A stretch of DNA of 64,000 bases, taken from assembly GCA_963789545.1 (NCBI GenBank), contig CAWBKZ010000006.1:664318-728317 (forward strand). The letters run 5' to 3'. The translations under genes and the position numbers were made by a program. The notes beneath the pieces are model-generated. The model was not told the origin of the DNA. It worked only from the letters and a program-made list of their open reading frames with translations, and searched no databases. Of this stretch, positions 61,620 through 64,000 are shown piece after piece; the stretch's first letter is position 1, and every line of letters begins with the position of its first letter. The stretch is from an uncultured Flavobacteriaceae bacterium. GTDB lineage: Bacteria; Bacteroidota; Bacteroidia; Flavobacteriales; Flavobacteriaceae.

Positions 61620-62570
61620 ATGCAGAACGATTTGAGAATAGTCTTTATGGGAACCCCTGATTTTGCAGTTGGGGTTTTAAAAAAAATGGTTGAAGCCGGG
61701 AAAAATATAGTCGGAGTGATTACTGCTCCAGATAAACCAGCGGGCCGTGGAAGAAAATTAATGGGTTCGGCAGTAAAGGAGTATGCACTTTCAGAAAATT
61801 TGAAAATTCTTCAACCCACAAACTTGAAAGACGAATCTTTTCTAAAAGAATTAGAAGGTTTAAACGCTAATCTTCAAGTTATTGTGGCTTTTCGGATGCT
61901 TCCAAAAGTGGTTTGGCAAATGCCCAAATTAGGAACTTTTAACCTTCACGCTTCACTCCTACCTCAATATAGAGGTGCTGCACCTATTAATTGGGCAATT
62001 ATTAATAAAGAAGAAAAGACAGGTGTTACCACTTTTTTTATTGACGAAAATATCGATACAGGTTCCATAATATCAAGTAAAGAAGTAGTTATTGAAAAAA
62101 GTGAAACTGCGGAAACCCTTCACGATAAGCTGATGCAAAAAGGAAGCGAGTTGGTCTTGGAGACCCTCGACCTTATAGAAAAGGGAAAGGTAATTCCAAA
62201 ACCACAACCCGAAAGCGACACTTTAAGAGACGCACCAAAACTTACTCAAGAAAACACACGTATAGACTGGACAAAATCTGGAGAGGATATCGATGCTTTT
62301 ATACGTGGGCTTTCACCCTATCCCGTAGCTTGGGCAATACTTCATAATAATAATGAAGAATTAAAAGCGAAAATTTATGATTCCAGTTTTGAAAAAGATG
62401 ATCATAATTTTGAACCTGGAACTATTAAAACTTCAAAAAAGGAAATGAAAGTTGCTTGTTGTGACGGGTATATTATTGTAAAGGAAATACAACTCCCAGG
62501 AAAACGGAAAATGGATGCTTTTTCGCTCTTGAACGGGTATTCTTTTGACGAGGATTCCAATCTAACGTAA
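61620..62570 (+). CDS. fmt: Methionyl-tRNA formyltransferase
   Basis: IVFMGTPDFA, PDKPAGRG, NLHASLLPQYRGAAPINWAI. Confidence 0.96.
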   Translation: MQNDLRIVFMGTPDFAVGVLKKMVEAGKNIVGVITAPDKPAGRGRKLMGSAVKEYALSENLKILQPTNLKDESFLKELEGLNANLQVIVAFRMLPKVVWQMPKLGTFNLHASLLPQYRGAAPINWAIINKEEKTGVTTFFIDENIDTGSIISSKEVVIEKSETAETLHDKLMQKGSELVLETLDLIEKGKVIPKPQPESDTLRDAPKLTQENTRIDWTKSGEDIDAFIRGLSPYPVAWAILHNNNEELKAKIYDSSFEKDDHNFEPGTIKTSKKEMKVACCDGYIIVKEIQLPGKRKMDAFSLLNGYSFDEDSNLT

Positions 62571-62751
62571 ACCCTTGTCAGCACTGATTTCATTAAATCA
62601 GGCCAAAAAAGCGTTGGGTTTATTAACAAACAGCCCAAGTTATCAACAAAAATAGGGATTTACTGCGTGGTTACTTGCCTGAACGGATATTCCTGCTAAA
62701 TTTGTAGGGCAATTAATCGAAGTTTAACCAACAATTTAATTTAAAAAAATT

Positions 62752-63024
62752 ATGAACAAATCAGATTTAATCGATGCAATGGCAGCTGATGCCGGAATTA
62801 CAAAAGCCGCCGCTAAAAAAGCTTTAGAGTCTTTCTTGGGCAATGTACAAAGTTCTCTTAAAAAAGGCAATAGAGTATCTCTAGTAGGTTTCGGATCTTG
62901 GTCAGTATCAAAAAGAGCCGCCAGAGAAGGAAGAAACCCTCAAACTGGTAAAACCATTAAAATTGCTGCTAAAAAAGTAGTAAAATTCAAAGCTGGTTCA
63001 GATTTACAAAACAGCGTAAACTAA
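62752..63024 (+). CDS. hup: HU family DNA-binding protein
   Basis: MNKSDLID, VSLVGFGSW, AAREGRNPQTG, VKFKAG. Confidence 0.96.
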   Translation: MNKSDLIDAMAADAGITKAAAKKALESFLGNVQSSLKKGNRVSLVGFGSWSVSKRAAREGRNPQTGKTIKIAAKKVVKFKAGSDLQNSVN

Positions 63025-63046
63025 TTGTAAAATATTTTACAAATTT

Positions 63047-63086
63047 AAAAAAACCTTCTTTCCATTACTTGGGAAGAAGGTTTTTT
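63047..63086 (+). terminator. Terminator after the HU gene
   Basis: AAAAAAACCTTCTTTCC...GGGAAGAAGGTTTTTT. Confidence 0.8.
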
Positions 63087-63225
63087 ATTATGCTGATATT
63101 TAGATATTTATAATACTGTAATGTTTTATTGCTTTTAATTAAAAATATATAATCTAAACATCGATTCAGTAAATTTTTGGTAATCTTAAATTTAATACTT
63201 AGATTTATTTGACCAAAAAAACAAT

Positions 63226-63786
63226 ATGACCACCTTAAAACCCGCTAAGGGACTATTATTAGTTGCTGAGCCATCTATTATAGGGGACGTTTCTTTTAAC
63301 CGTTCCGTAGTACTTTTAGCGGAATATAATGAAAACGGTTCAGTAGGGTTTATTCTTAACAAACCCTTAGAACATAGGTTGCGAGACTTCGTTCCCGAAG
63401 TAAATTCGAAACTTCCTGTATATAATGGTGGGCCCGTGGAACAGGATAATCTTTACTTTATACACTGTATTCCCGAAATTATTCCAGACAGTATTGAAAT
63501 TTCCAATGGAATCTATTGGGGAGGTGATTTTAGCGCTATTATTGACCTTCTTAAAGAAGACAAGCTGAAAAAAGACCAGATTCGGTTTTTCTTAGGTTAT
63601 TCTGGTTGGGAAAGCGAACAGTTGGAACAAGAACTGGAAGTTAATAGTTGGGTTGTGGTACCAAACAATTACAACAATACCATCATCGGGAAAAGCAATA
63701 TTAACTTTTGGAAAGAAAAGATGATTGAGTTTGGTGGCGATTATGTATTGTGGTCCAATGCCCCTGAAAACCCAAGTTTCAATTAA
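63226..63786 (+). CDS. YqgE/AlgH family protein
   Basis: FNRSVVLL, GFILNKP, GGPV, RFFLGYSGW...QLEQEL...W. Confidence 0.92.
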   Translation: MTTLKPAKGLLLVAEPSIIGDVSFNRSVVLLAEYNENGSVGFILNKPLEHRLRDFVPEVNSKLPVYNGGPVEQDNLYFIHCIPEIIPDSIEISNGIYWGGDFSAIIDLLKEDKLKKDQIRFFLGYSGWESEQLEQELEVNSWVVVPNNYNNTIIGKSNINFWKEKMIEFGGDYVLWSNAPENPSFN

Positions 63787-64000
63787 CCCATTCTTGCCTT
63801 TAAATTTAGTTTTGGCAACAACTGTTTAGCCACTTCGTTTCCAAAATCCTTTTTTCGGTATTTTGTTATGGATACAATACCTTGAATTGTATTGGTAATA
63901 AAAATTTCATCCGCTTTTTGAAGTTCAAAGGGAGAAATAGATGCTTCTTCAAGCGTAAAGTCGTGCATCAATTTAAGAATTGAAATCAACTGCTTCCGAA
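63783..64000 (-). CDS. Aminotransferase class IV (PabC/IlvE-like), 3' end only
   Basis: RKQLI...EEASISPFELQKADEIFITNTIQGI; truncated by the window edge. Confidence 0.8.
   Translation of the reverse strand, partial: RKQLISILKLMHDFTLEEASISPFELQKADEIFITNTIQGIVSITKYRKKDFGNEVAKQLLPKLNLKARMG

Noticed and set aside
1-64000. CRISPR array, rRNA, IS transposase or prophage genes
   Set aside because: No regularly spaced direct repeats, rRNA-like sequence, or transposase or phage ORFs were seen

Overview
AT-rich chromosomal window from a Bacteroidota (Flavobacteriaceae-type) genome. The assignment rests on TAnnTTTG -7 promoter boxes, a T9SS C-terminal-domain protein, a hybrid two-component system, TonB receptors and a short MGS-less CarB. 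Most of it is housekeeping or conserved: tRNA-Ser(UGA), acs, purB, rmuC, carB, rpmH, mtaB, L31-B, a phosphohexomutase, murA, recQ, fmt, HU, two ECF sigma/anti-sigma modules, a photolyase operon, and a cobalamin-riboswitch btuB/btuG locus divergent from btuFCD. Five genes carry single-base frameshifts (carB has four), most likely sequencing or assembly indels. The most interesting signal is at about 50.65-52.91 kb. Three co-oriented, unrelated accessory genes there are separated by attC-like elements: one intact ~135 bp imperfect palindrome with RYYYAAC/GTT cores, G-T-biased pairing and extrahelical bases, plus two degraded ones. They are headed by an attI-like site and a promoter, and no integrase lies in the window, so this looks like an integron-like gene-cassette array. 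A second candidate at 14.3-16.2 kb is an AraC locus with repeated 21-22 bp-spaced operator-like motifs, a multi-hairpin candidate sRNA and an uncalled Q/N/P-rich micro-protein. All calls come from reading the sequence only; no database searches were run.
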